Of a DNA stretch of 64,000 nucleotides, positions 14,601 to 27,751 are shown one piece after another (the stretch's first letter is position 1; every line of letters begins with the position of its first letter). Origin of the DNA: Trichoplax sp. H2 (lineage: Eukaryota); the NCBI GenBank assembly GCA_003344405.1, contig NOWV01000154.1:1-64000 (forward strand), given 5' to 3'. A program made the position numbers and the translations under genes. A model generated the notes under the pieces. It ran no database searches. It worked only from the letters and a program-made list of their open reading frames with translations, and was not told the origin of the DNA.

Positions 14601-17600
14601 TAGAAATAAGAAGATTTTTGTTTTTCAATATATCTCTGTTCTAGTCTCTTTATCAGCCTATAATTTATATGTAAAGTACGCTTTGTTCCATTTGTGAATT
14701 TTAGCGATAGGCCAATGATTAGTTCACAGATTCAATCAGTTTTAACGGCAGAAACTACAGTGAAAATTTAACAGGCATAGTGTGCCTAGCATAGTATGGT
14801 ACTTAGGAGATGTTATTGTCCGATAAAAAACGTAAAAATTATAAATTGATACCAAATTAAAGGATACGGTACCGTATTTTTACATTTAATTATAGAGATC
14901 TATATATTAAAATAGAATCAGAAGCAATACTGTTCGATGAGCCGAAGTGAGTATGATGGTAAGACGTAATTGTAGCTAATCAAAGTGTATAAGTAGTGAA
15001 TTCGCAAAATACTTATTAGCAACTCTCAGCTACAAGTCATAAGCAATCATTAAATCGTTAGTGATCAACTATTTTATTTACTTTACTGTGTAGGCAGAAG
15101 CGATAAGAATCGCTGTACTATAAAAGTTATAATATATTTTTACTATTAGTATTAGATATTTATCAAGCTATTATTTTAGAGGAATGGTTTGATTGCACTT
15201 AAGTAAGTAGCATATGATTTATAATTAAGTACTGTAGTGATTAAAATAATGATATTGCAGTATCATTATCAATCAACGCCGAGTGATCATTAACTATATG
15301 CCACAAATAGGCCCTGTCAGCGTGTCTACGCACCTTTAATAAAACGGCAAAAATTTCTGACTAAGCCAATAATCTCGTGCGTCGTGACTTTTTTCTCGTT
15401 TAAAACCCAATTTTTATACCCTTTTCAATATTTACCTTAGGCTTGACCAGTTCTACAGCTAAAATGGAAGAAAAATTATAAACCATTAAAATAGGGTACT
15501 TTTAAATCGGATGTAATTTATAATCGAATGACTTAATAGGCAATTTTAGTAGATTATCATTGGAAAAGATTTAAAACGTCTAAATCGATCAGTAATTAAC
15601 AACTGAAAATGAATCAATTTACGATCAATTGGTAGCAATCAATAATTAATTATATCAGAAATTACCTTAAGGAAAAATATTGAAGCCAACCAAAATAGAA
15701 TGTATCGATTCAAGAAATCGATATTATGGTGAAGACTAATTACTGAAGACAAGAGATATTATTAAAGAGCGCTAAACATTAATTACTCTATTGAATCGTA
15801 TATGCCGGTATGTTTCTAGGAACTTCTTAACAATGAAATGAAGTCGTTCTGCGTTATGCAATTTCTGCAAATTATTCTAATCTATTAATTATTAGATGGG
15901 TATGTTTATAGTTTCTATTATTTTCGGTGACAATAATTAATGGGGTGCTTTTCTCAAATTAGCTGTCCCCCTAAAGCTACACTTATAAGATTGAACAATG
16001 GTTACTAGGCCAGATAATGTCGGATCAACGCTGTTAGAATTAGTTAAAATTAGTAAATTACAATGACATTAGAAGTTATCAATCTGATTAAAAAGTAGAT
16101 AAAGTAGATGTAAAAAGTCTAACAAATTTATTAAAATGAATTTTTGTCTTTTCAATGTCATGTATTACGATATGTAACAAAGTGGTTCTATAATGATGGC
16201 TAAAATGGCGACAGTTACTTTATTTAATATGTCACTATGACTCAGATATAACGGAATGGATAATTTTTCATTCTTTTTGTCTTTAACTATAGTTAGCTAT
16301 ATTGTCATGAAGTCAAACGGTAAGCAAAAAGCTCAAGGTGTCAAATAGCATTATAGTTATTTCGGCCAAAAATCTACGATGATTACTATTTTTTATAACA
16401 TTAATTAGAATCGCGAAAAGTAACGTCTGTACTCAATTGCCTTCAGGCAATGAGCATTCTTGTAGATTTATTTAATATTAAAACGACCAATAGTATTGAG
16501 GCCATAAGATCACAATGTAAAAGATGTGTTTGTCTAGCTTAGATAATGTAAATGTTGTAAACATTAACAACATAACAAAAGATGGCAAACTGCGACAACT
16601 ATTTATTTCAGTATTATACAACCAGTATGATCATTTCTAAATAAATGCTAATTACAAACTTGAGTTATCATTTCAATTTTTAGTAAAAAGATAAATGTTC
16701 CATGATAAGATAAACAGTATTAGCAGAATAGGATTGTAGGGCATTAAAATCGAATCAAGCCTTAAGGGCCGTGCGAATTCTCACTAGCACTTTGGGCTAC
16801 TGCACGGATTATTAATAAGAAATAATAGAATTCTTATGGCCGTCAGGATATAAAACTTTTACTGTAGTATAAAATACTATTAGATATCATCAGTACGATG
16901 GAAATAGTTTCGCTGTATATAAAATTAAGTGCGTTTGGGTAGTATGAGTATAATACAGCATATATCGATTAAATTAGATATTTTCGTAGGCTAGTTAACT
17001 ATAAGTGGTATGATATAAATCTGTATTTATCTACTTTACAAGTGCATTAAAAGTACAGCAAGACGTTGTAAGAGGAAAATACGATTACACATTATAACTC
17101 ACCCTATTACAATCAGTATTTGATCAGTTTACTCGAGAATTAAATATTCTTAGGATTCTATCGAATCATCGAATAAAAATGACATATTCTTAACCAACCG
17201 ATATTTTTAGATACAATTGCAGAAAGTTCTACGATAATATTATTAAGATACTGCCCCGTGGGCTTATTTGCATCCGAACTTTGTAACAACATAGCATTAC
17301 GCGATATCATGGTCAGTTATTACGTAAAATCTCCACGCCCCTCATCTACATGATTTCATCCCGATCATCAAGTTTTATCAATAAATAATATCCATAAATA
17401 ACTTGACAAGAACGTGTAGGAAATGAAGGTAATCTACCATTTAAAATTATTATAAACCAATACTAATGACGAAGTGTGCAAGATTCAATTCATCAATATG
17501 ATTCATAATGTAAATTAAAGCGGTTCACTAATCATGCCATCTAATCAACGGCATGATATTTCTTACTCTTGCTTACTATTGAAAGGTCTTAGAGGCTATT

Positions 17601-18183
17601 TTTTTTTTTTAATCTGTCTGTGGTTCGTCTCTTGCATACTCTTTGAACACGACATAACAGCAAATATTGCTACTAAGAATAGCAATGTCAGATCAAATCT
17701 CATGAAACGGCATTCACTATATGCATGCACACTTTTTGGCACTTTAATACATGTATTCAATACATTTTAGCACGTTATAGCTCTCTGCTGAATTGAACTA
17801 CGCAAACCGTACTTTTTTATGTTTCACAACCGAATATTGAGTTGTCTCAAATTCTGTAGTCTTCATATTGGTTTAAAAATGATACAATTTAGAGGCAATT
17901 AGTACAATAGTCTATTTTAGTAAGATTACATTCATACTTTATCAGAAATCTTATAGATTAGGTAACATTAATTCTTTGCTAATTAGACGTTACATTATAA
18001 AAGCAACATTACTTCAATTATATTATTATCACTAGGAAATAATGCTTTACTTTAGTAATAACTTTCTATCTATTCATAATACAACAGAAGATAGTAGCTG
18101 TAGTTTTTTAATTTAATAACGGAAATATTGAACGGCTAGTCCAATGTTTAATATGACAATTAGTCTTATTTAAAAAATATGTG

Positions 18184-18253
18184 CTACTCATTTCATTGCT
18201 CGCTAATCACTTAAATGACTACTCATTTCTTTGCTTGCTAATCGGTTAAATAA
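18184..18253. repeat. Degenerate tandem duplication of a 35-bp unit
   Basis: ctactcatttcattgctcgctaatcacttaaatga followed by ctactcatttctttgcttgctaatcggttaaataa. Confidence 0.75.
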
Positions 18254-21200
18254 TTGCAGCTGATCATCGCCAATCGCAATAGAATAGAGTAATAAACGAA
18301 TAAGAATACGTATACGGGTATTTGACTGGAATGAAATTGTATAATCGAAGTTGCATGTTATTGCCGCTTTGGAATAGCGTTTTCATTCTTTTAAAGCTAT
18401 TCCGTCGTGTATGTAAGAACGATATTGAATACTTAATATTTACTGGAATACCTAGACATAGGAAGTGTCATCAACGCTATCAACAATTCATAATAATTCT
18501 ACTAGATCATTTTTATAGAATAATAAACAATATAAGTAAAAAACAATCAAGAATGGATATCATTATTTTATAGATAATAAAAATATTAATTTGGTCAATG
18601 TTCCCTTGGAAGAATGTCATCATCGACTAATATTAATAATGCGTTCAACTAGTTATTGAATTTATATTCTAATAATGATATCGACGAGCCTCAATAAGAA
18701 CATGATCTGTGTGACATGGCTTGGCGAAAGTTCTAACAATTTATCATTGTAATAATTGAAACTGTCATTTTGAGTTTGTAATATAAATTTTGTGAAGTTA
18801 ACTTGAGATTTTCTTATTAGCGGAGATGTTCATCAATTATTTTGCACTGGATTTAAATAATGCTATATTACTTGTTGTAGCATCAATTAGGACAATTTGA
18901 TTACGATAAAATAACTGTATATTATATAAGGATTATCCCATATAAATTGAACGATCAACTCTAATTAAATTAATATAGACAATTGATAGAAGCATACAAT
19001 CAGGCTCTACGTTACTACGGGTATCGCTAATTTTTATATAAGTTATATAATTATCATTCGCGAAACAAATTTCGCTAGTGGTAAAAAATGCAGACCTTAC
19101 TACTATTTCTCTTCTTTTCTGTACAATTCTAAAGAAATTTTGCATAACCTTAGTTACAGTCGAGAAATAAAAGTAACAACATTTGATAAGCAATCGATGT
19201 ATTGATTTAATTATCAGAATGATATTATTAGATGGAACTGGAAAGTAGTCGATTTTCCGTGATATACTTTTCTTTGTCCTATTTTCAGTTTTCATAATCA
19301 GGATTAATAATTAAATTTATTCACAGCTGGGCTGTTAAAATCAAAAAGTAATATATTATGGCCAATTAAGAATAATTAATAAATGACAAAAATCAATTTT
19401 AATTCCGCTCAATAGAACGTCTATGATAGCCCATAGAGAAAAGCATTTTCTTAATATAGCAAAGTATGATAAGATATATGAAGTACACTTGTACGAAACT
19501 TTTATAACTTTGAAGATAATCAGTAATTGATAAGTTATTTATACATTACCTTGATTTTTTACGCTAGGACTGACAATCAGTGCAATTCTTATTTATTTTT
19601 TATGCGCCGGAATGAGCATGTAACATATTCAAGAGCAGCAATTTCATTGAAAGGTAGTAACGCGTATTTACTGATAGGATGGTATATTAGAATCCAAGTC
19701 GAACACTTCTTGCATCTAAAGATTTATTGATGCAGTCTAGCAGTACGATTATACATTAGCATTTATTTAGATCAGTTTAAAATTAACAGCAATACTCTAT
19801 TTATAGGTAATTCATCATTTTACGAGTACTTAATAAACGTTTACATTGCGCACATTTCGGTACTACTCCTTAAATGATATAATCGATTAATCTTTATAAA
19901 GAAATGATCCCAAATAACAAGCTAAACTATACTTATATTAATTTAGTAATTTCGGGAATCTTTGGTATAATTTATCTTTATTGTATGTGTTTGATTGCTA
20001 GTTTAATTTGGAGTATTTTAGCATGATAGTTGGATAGTCTAATACTACCAACTGCTCTATGAAGCATATAAAAGGTGGCATAGTTTGATAGTTTAGTGCA
20101 GTTGAAGATAGAGAAGGCAAGAAAAGTTTAGAATAATCGTGTATTAGCTCATTAATTGATATTTTGGTTGGCTGAGGCAGCAATCCTGCCCTTTTTTGTT
20201 ACTCCTTTAAGAATTTTGCTAAGATTGTTGTTAAAGTTATAATAAATTGGTGTTTTTCCCCCTGTACATTTTGTTTTGAAGTTCAATTGCTGATTATTTA
20301 AGCTTAGTTTTTTTCTCGTCCAACATTTCTTTACAATAAGATAAAACTTACGATAAGTGCTATACGTAGTTCATTTAATAGTGAATATGAACGAAAATAA
20401 TACTATAATTTTGTAATTTGGAAATATTCCTACGTCAGATATATTAGTTTCCTATTATTTGAATATTTGCTAGCAAAAATGTGAGCAATATTTTCTCGCA
20501 TTATTATGCTTAATTAAGATGTAAATTGCCAAAAGATTCGTATTTTACAGACTTTTTTTTAATGTTTTACTAGAAAATCCGTCCATTTGAAGATCATTGC
20601 CTTTCCTGAAAATGATTTCTAGTTCAAAATCTGGCATATTCTATTCGCCTACAAATGGAGTAGTAATGAATGCTACGCCAATAAAATATAGTAAATTATA
20701 ATTAATGGTTTATATTGTATTCGTGAAATCTTTTAAAACGCTGATCTCGCTCTAAATGTTGTCTTGATGATCGTGATCAAAGTATCTTTTTGGGGGTGTA
20801 TATGCTTAAAACAGATTCAAATGCTTACTTTTATAACTAGTCTGTTTAATTCCCGATAGACTTATAATGTAATTATAGTAAATCATGCACGTGCAGATTT
20901 CAGAATTAAGGGCTTGGTTATACTTTCATTTGTAAGTTATTATGATACGATTTAACGAATCTTACTCTATATCAAGCCGTTTAATCGTTAGAGTATCAAA
21001 ATTATAATTTTAAGCATAGCCTAGACTATCTGAAATATCGATGTCGTTCAAACATGCGATTAGCATGAAACCTTTAAAATCGAACTGTATAGGCAGAATT
21101 TAACCTTTTCCAGTGTCTGCCATATTTTATAGATCTATTGACTTTATAAAAGAGCCATAGTGACGATTACTTCGATAGCTACTCAATTCTAAATCACTAA

Positions 21201-23600
21201 ACTGACCTAGGGGTACGGACCTATACAGCTAGTGGATAGAATTATTGATCAGTGCAGAATTACTACTACCATAATTATAGTATTAGTTAGTATAGCTACT
21301 ATCAAAGTTATGTGATTGTATAGTTTTAACCCTACTTCAATATTATTGCATTAAGAAATATAGGGTTTTTACAATTTTCAGTACTTAAGAAAAAGCAAAG
21401 GAAATAATCTACATTTTTTCTACACAAAAATAACTCAGTATAAAGTATCCGCAGCCTGGTAATCATGCGATATAGATTTGATTTTGCAATCGATTCTAAA
21501 AGAAAATTTGTAAGTTTCAAAGTACTCTAAAAATGTAATAAACAAAACATTTAATTAGCTTTATTATCTAACAAATTCTTTGTAGTAGTGTATGAGGACG
21601 TTCGGAAGAATTCAATGTATGATTTGAGGTTAAAATACAATACATTCACAATATCGTAATCATCAATTTATTAGAACGGTAGGAATAAAGATTATTATTT
21701 CAATAAAGAAACTCCGCATAATTTCATGTCAATATGAGTTATTGATAACGTAATACATGACGTGTTTAAAATGGAACTAATCATAAAATTTTTCTTTACC
21801 GCGTTAACTTTATAATAGTAAGCCTGATCACTTATCAAATCTTTTCAAGTCATGACAATCATCTATTTGATAACTACGGAATCATATTTTGCTCTTTTTA
21901 CTATTCTAAATTTTTAGAATGATACAATGGTGTCCTTCAAATACAGTATCATATGATGCAAACATAATTGTCAATAGAAATATCTAGCCTAATTATGTTA
22001 GTAATCTTACATAGTAATTTCATCTCAATTTCCGATATATAAGGTAAAAACTGATATTGATCGTTCAAATTATTAATGCACAGTATGTCGTCGTAAAAGA
22101 GTAATTTTTATCAATAAATTAATTATAAGTAGCCACCAAACAATAGGCTGCATGATCGATTAAAAGAGATGGCCAACGAAAGTTTGTATCACGTAAATCA
22201 CTCCATGAGTCAGCTATCCTGCAATTTGCCGTTGAAACATTATTATATCACCTTTTTATAGCTTTACAATTATTTTATCTAACAAATAACACGAAGGACT
22301 TTGTCGACATGTATGAGCTCTCCTGTACTTTTACTATAATCTATCCTATATACAATCTTGTAGAAGTTAGAATATATGTATATAAGGGATTCTGCATTAG
22401 TAGATACCATGAAAAGACTTGGTAATAATTGTTACATAACTTATTATGCTAATAATATAATCATAAATCAATTATCAAGCGTACAATTTCATTATTTAGT
22501 ATGATGTTATCATCGTTCAATTAAGTGAAAGAGATTCTTAAGCGAAAAAATTAAAATTTTATTTACGGTATGATAAAGTAGTGTATATCTAAGAGTATGC
22601 CACCGCTTGGGAATGTCCATCTATTTTGGTTGTATGTTATTATCGCTTAATTACAATGTTTAAGATGAAGTCATGATAAATTGAGTTCTCTGTTTCTTGG
22701 TTAAATTGAAATTATTCGTTATCCTTACTAGTTAATTTTTATTATTAATCGAATTAACGTGCTTGGTCTGAAGGTAGATGAATCAACTATCCGGAACTTG
22801 TGATAGATTATCAATAGCATGGAAAACAGTAGCATGTCGCGTTCTGTAATTTTAGTTATTAAGGGAAAATGCATGTGCATATTATAGCCAGTCTGAAACT
22901 AATCACTCCGGTAATTTTAATCAACAATGCTGGTTAATTTGGGAACGTGAAAAGTTACACAGTAGTTTAGCAGATATTAGAATTATGCTATTTTTACTTG
23001 GAGACCATAACCAGAGGTATTTTTCCTGGGCATCATAATAAAAAGGCTTTCTATTGAGATTTTAACTCTACTGAATGATTGCATTATTTTGAAACGAGGA
23101 AATATGTAAATGCGTCAATTTCAACGGAATCGCAGATTGACTTTGAAAGTTAAAATTGTTAGTATTATATTTTCTTTGTAATAGATAGTACACAGATTTT
23201 ATTATACAGTAGTTAGTAGTAAACACTATTTTCAAAGGTTGAATAATAATTAAGTTGTGTCAAATTCAGTTTTCTATTATTGATTTGTAAATAAATGAAA
23301 GAATTTTTCATCATTGAATAAAATCAAAATTGCTTGATTACCTACGAAGTTTCGAAATGATAAATTAGGAAAAAATCTATTAAAACTTCTGATGTTGTTT
23401 GCTAGTTTCGACTTTATTCAATTCCTTTCGCTTAATCAATTACAACTATATCATGGCAATAGAATTGTTTAATTTACAGACGCTGTTACATCGGTTCAGT
23501 TTTGTGAATCATTACTTTAACCTTGATACAGTACATTGTTATGCAAGAAATAAAAATACGATAAATATAAACAACAAAACTGCACCAATTTCATTCGAAT

Positions 23601-24755
23601 TTAGTATAATTTACAATATTTTACCCAGGATCCGAGTAAGGTTTTAAGACCTTTTCTTATAGATGTATCCATAGCTCCATATATGATTGGGTTAAAAGCC
23701 GAGTTAGCCATTGCTAGCCATGTTGTAATTTGATGAAAACTACAGGGTAACGGGCTTATTTCATAAATGGTTAAATATACCATACTAATAAGATGCGGTA
23801 GCCAGCAGACTATAAAACTACCGATGACAATTAATAACATCAATGTTGCTTTAATATGTGTTTTATAATGTATTCTTCGGCTAGTTAGCATTTCACGAAC
23901 GTACTGTAATCGGATACGTTGCGAGATAGAATTGCTAGTTAGAATACCTAAATCAGTATCACAAGGTAATGGCAGAGTTTCTTGATGATCACTTGTAGTT
24001 ACGTTAACTGGACTAAGGTTATTATATGTACCAGTTGGGCTTAGATAAGTTGAAATTGCTACAGTTGACGTAGATACCCCTATCCGCCTTGAATGTTTAC
24101 GAGCAATTTTTAGTACGAGGAAATAAGTACAACTCATGATCACGGTAGGTAGTCCAAAATTAATACCAACTATAAAACCAACATAATTTGGAAAGCTCCA
24201 CCAAGCAACTGTGCAAATTGTTTCGAAAGGAAGGTAGACATATTCTCCCCAGCCCAAAAAGGGTAGACTAGCATTAATAGCTGAATGGATCCATATAATT
24301 GAAATTACACATGTGACTTTACTTTTGCTCATATAATGATGATATGTCAATGGTGAAGCAATAGCACAGTATTTTTCCACACTAACAGCGGCTAAAGTAA
24401 TCATGGAATTAATACAAAAAAATGAGTTAGCAAACCCTGTTAAACTGCATAAGTTCTGACCAAAAACCCATTGCCCATTTAAGCAGGAAATCAAAATACA
24501 GGGCATGCATAGTACGCCCAGTAAAAAATCAGTTAAGGCTAAATTAGTGATAAAATAGTTAGATGCCGACTTGATATCATCATGATGGTAGCGTAAAACG
24601 AGTAAGACGGCGCCATTACCAATGCAGCTCATCAACATAAATAGGGTCATGAAACAGCTTAAAATGATACGCCATAGACAATCTGAGACAACTAGGCTCC
24701 CATTGCATAGCTCTAGTGATTTATTCGTGAAATTGTTAATGTAGGTATCAGCCAT
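23601..24755 (-). CDS. Orphan class A GPCR, single coding exon, paralog of the GPCR at 3121-4234 (~384 aa from ATG 24755)
   Basis: Seven TM segments: GN, LALTD, EKY (DRY variant), W, GLP, CWLP, NPIIY. N-glycosylation sequons in the N-terminus (NFT, NKS, NGS). Shares GFANSFFCI and TTWLA with the first GPCR. Confidence 0.93.
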   Translation of the reverse strand: MADTYINNFTNKSLELCNGSLVVSDCLWRIILSCFMTLFMLMSCIGNGAVLLVLRYHHDDIKSASNYFITNLALTDFLLGVLCMPCILISCLNGQWVFGQNLCSLTGFANSFFCINSMITLAAVSVEKYCAIASPLTYHHYMSKSKVTCVISIIWIHSAINASLPFLGWGEYVYLPFETICTVAWWSFPNYVGFIVGINFGLPTVIMSCTYFLVLKIARKHSRRIGVSTSTVAISTYLSPTGTYNNLSPVNVTTSDHQETLPLPCDTDLGILTSNSISQRIRLQYVREMLTSRRIHYKTHIKATLMLLIVIGSFIVCWLPHLISMVYLTIYEISPLPCSFHQITTWLAMANSAFNPIIYGAMDTSIRKGLKTLLGSWVKYCKLY

Positions 24756-27751
24756 CGCTACATCTAAATAGATATCCAAAGATTTTTCTAGCAACTGCTA
24801 ATATGTCTTATTATAACATTATTGTGCTTGAAGCAGTTCTACAATGATTTCTTCCGATGAATCTTCAACTTATCAATTTACCATTATCTAGAACTATTTT
24901 TCTTTCTGTCACATAATCCCCTAACGTATAAAATACGTAACAGGATATTATCATAACATCAGCCAAATCTTAATTATGAATTAAATCAGTTACTCATGGC
25001 AACTGTAGTTCAATCCATATATAATTAATTTAACATATCGACAAGAGATTCAAATACTTACTTTAAATTTAATTATCAGTTGCTGTTGTTGTTACTATTG
25101 TTACATCATAGTCATAAGTATGAAATAATTGATTTATTGAAATATATTCAACAATCCTATATTGATTTTAATAGTTACCTATCAACATTTCTTTAGTTAT
25201 ATCTTTCCAAGTCTAGAGCAACAATAGTAACGTAAGTATTGTTTCAAATTTATCTAGTTTCGTTGAAAGTGCCATTTTATAAATTCTTACTTTGTTCACG
25301 TTTGTTTTCGTGATAACATACTGTTATATAATTATTTTACAGGAATGTATAACTGCACACTGAGCAATAAATAAATTGCTATCGATATGCAAATAAAATT
25401 TATCACCATTGATATTGGTCTTGGTACGTATAGAATATGTTATGATTTAGTTAATGACAATAATTATCCTATTACTACAAGTAAATATTTGATAAAAGTG
25501 TTACTGATTCATTAAATTGCACCTAATATATTTTGAGCATAAATTGTGACAAATTGGTTGTGTTGGTTGCAAACGCATCTTTTAATTGATGTTTTGATAT
25601 TAGCTTTCTAAAATGATGATCTATCGCTTCTGTAAATGAAACTAGAATACCTGTGTTACATGTGTTCTATAAGTATGATTTAATGCTATATATGAAGTAT
25701 ACTTATTCATTCCTTCCTCTTAAACTGATAGTAACTTCGAAGATACCTCTATGCTTTTAATTTTGTACCGATATATGTTTACAAGAATCCAAGAAATAGC
25801 ATTGAAAAATTTCGCCAAATTTTACCTGGAACGTGTTACGTTTACTTATTAGATTAGTTGTCAAGCCTTAACAGTAACATGAAATTCTATCTGTAACAAC
25901 GCAATAAAGAAGTTATGGAATAAAGTTTGTAAGACTTATGCAGCAAATCCTAAACTGCGGCGCTAGCTGCTTGGATCGTGCTCATATTATTAATAATATT
26001 AATCCTATTTTGATAGAGTAATTCAATTATTAAAGGAAGTTCAACATAAATTTTTTAGTTCAAAAACATTTCATGATTTAGAAACAGTGATACGCATATC
26101 GTTTGTTGGAAAGTCATTTTCTGTGCGTAAACAGTGCCGCCTTTAAATGTTTAATCAAAATCTAAATAAAATTATTCATATTTCAATATCATCTGCCCAA
26201 AAATTATAATTTATAATTTATACGTAAACAATGCTGCCTTTAAACTTCAATATATCGCTGAATACTCGTATACTTTCGTTTCGGATAATGATCTACTTAA
26301 CAGCAAATATTTTGATGGTTTATTAATTATTTTAGTTACCTTTGTGTACAAGCATGATTTTTTTTGTATACGCAAGACTCCTGATGGAAAGCCTTCATGT
26401 ACGAGTTTCCATATTTTTAGGGGGTCACATCAATAGAAATCTATTACATGTAATCATTAACGTTGTGTAGGGCATCATTAAACATTTTATATGGAATACA
26501 TAATTGGTAGCGAATATCGTCATCATTAGTAGGAACTTTTACGCAGCTTTACAAGGCTTCGAAGTGAATGTCCTAAATAAGAATCTAAAAGCATTCAATT
26601 TCAGAAATTATTTTAGTTACTTAACATCAGACGAGCTTACAGTATGCGATTTTGCTCCTTATGTAGCTGAAATCCATAAACCCTATTTCTTAAAGGGTAC
26701 ACTATCAAGTACCTGTATGCGCTTAATTTACTACATAATATCTCTAGGGATACTCCTATTTCTGTTTGCTGATAGTTAGCTATTTCAGCTATGAATTAAT
26801 TGTTTCTTTCGGAAATCATGATTGCGCAATAAATGATCAGACTTCGACATCGATAGTTCCTGGTACATATGTAGTCTACAATATCATGCAGAGTGGCAAT
26901 AGTACTATATGAGTAAGTTAACAGAAATTCACTAAATCAGTCATTTTGTAAAGTGACTAAACAACCGTCATTAACTCGCAAAGCAGATAGGCTAGAAATA
27001 ACGTACAAAGACACATCTTAAAATGGAGGGGGTGATTTTCTTTCTCGAACAGTTCCTGATAATCTCATGCAAACCCGTACAGTGGTAACAGGCAAACCGT
27101 TCGCTGAGGACAGTTTTCTTCAGTTTATTATAATTGTATGAAAAAGAACATGCAATTAATGCTCTTATATATGTTATAGGTTGTGTAAATAGAATAAGTA
27201 GACAGCAGTCACAAGCTGGTCCAACACTCATGAGAGCAGTATCTTTTATCAGAAAACTCAAGATCATTCGATGTAGTCAAGACCATGGTGAGTGGTGAGC
27301 AATGCAATAAACTTTTCTAAGCTTTACCTACTATATAGCTGAAATTTAATGTTAAAGCGTTGTAACTTCCTATAGTAGTTTATATTTTCCTGCTTTCAGT
27401 ATACGTAGGCAGTATATTCGGCTACAAAAATACAGGTACATATCAAGGACACTTCACTTTAATTTCATCAGTTCTAGAAATTTTGTAACATTTCGATTTA
27501 TGGAATGATGTCGCAACAATACATTGTGCAAACAGAATAAGTTATAAACGACACCACTATTCCTATTACCAAATTCTTTGATAGTTTTTTACTTGTTTCT
27601 TAAGTTGTCTACAGTAACATTTTCCATTTTATAACCTATCGTAAAAACATCCTGAATTTCGGCATATACCTGAGTTCTTTCAGTATAACTTTACTTGAGA
27701 AAGTTTGTGTTAGGTTTTCCCAGATTTTAATATAGAGAAGTTTAATTGCTA

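Noticed and set aside
5075-21520. Short 60-120 aa ORFs in the desert
   Set aside because: Composition rich in I/L/F/Y/N/K, typical of random AT-rich DNA, with no motifs or consistent splice structure.
3121-24755. GPCRs as true opsins or canonical amine receptors
   Set aside because: No Lys at 7.43 for a retinal Schiff base and no Asp at 3.32.
24756-24794. N-terminal extension MLEKSLDIYLDVA of the GPCR2 ORF
   Set aside because: It begins at a TTG start from the ORF caller; the first in-frame ATG is at 24755.
27589-27635. Extra septin terminal exon (YKMENVTVDNLRNK*)
   Set aside because: It needs a phase-1 donor; the only nearby donor in the preceding exon is phase 2, and that exon has its own in-frame TAG.
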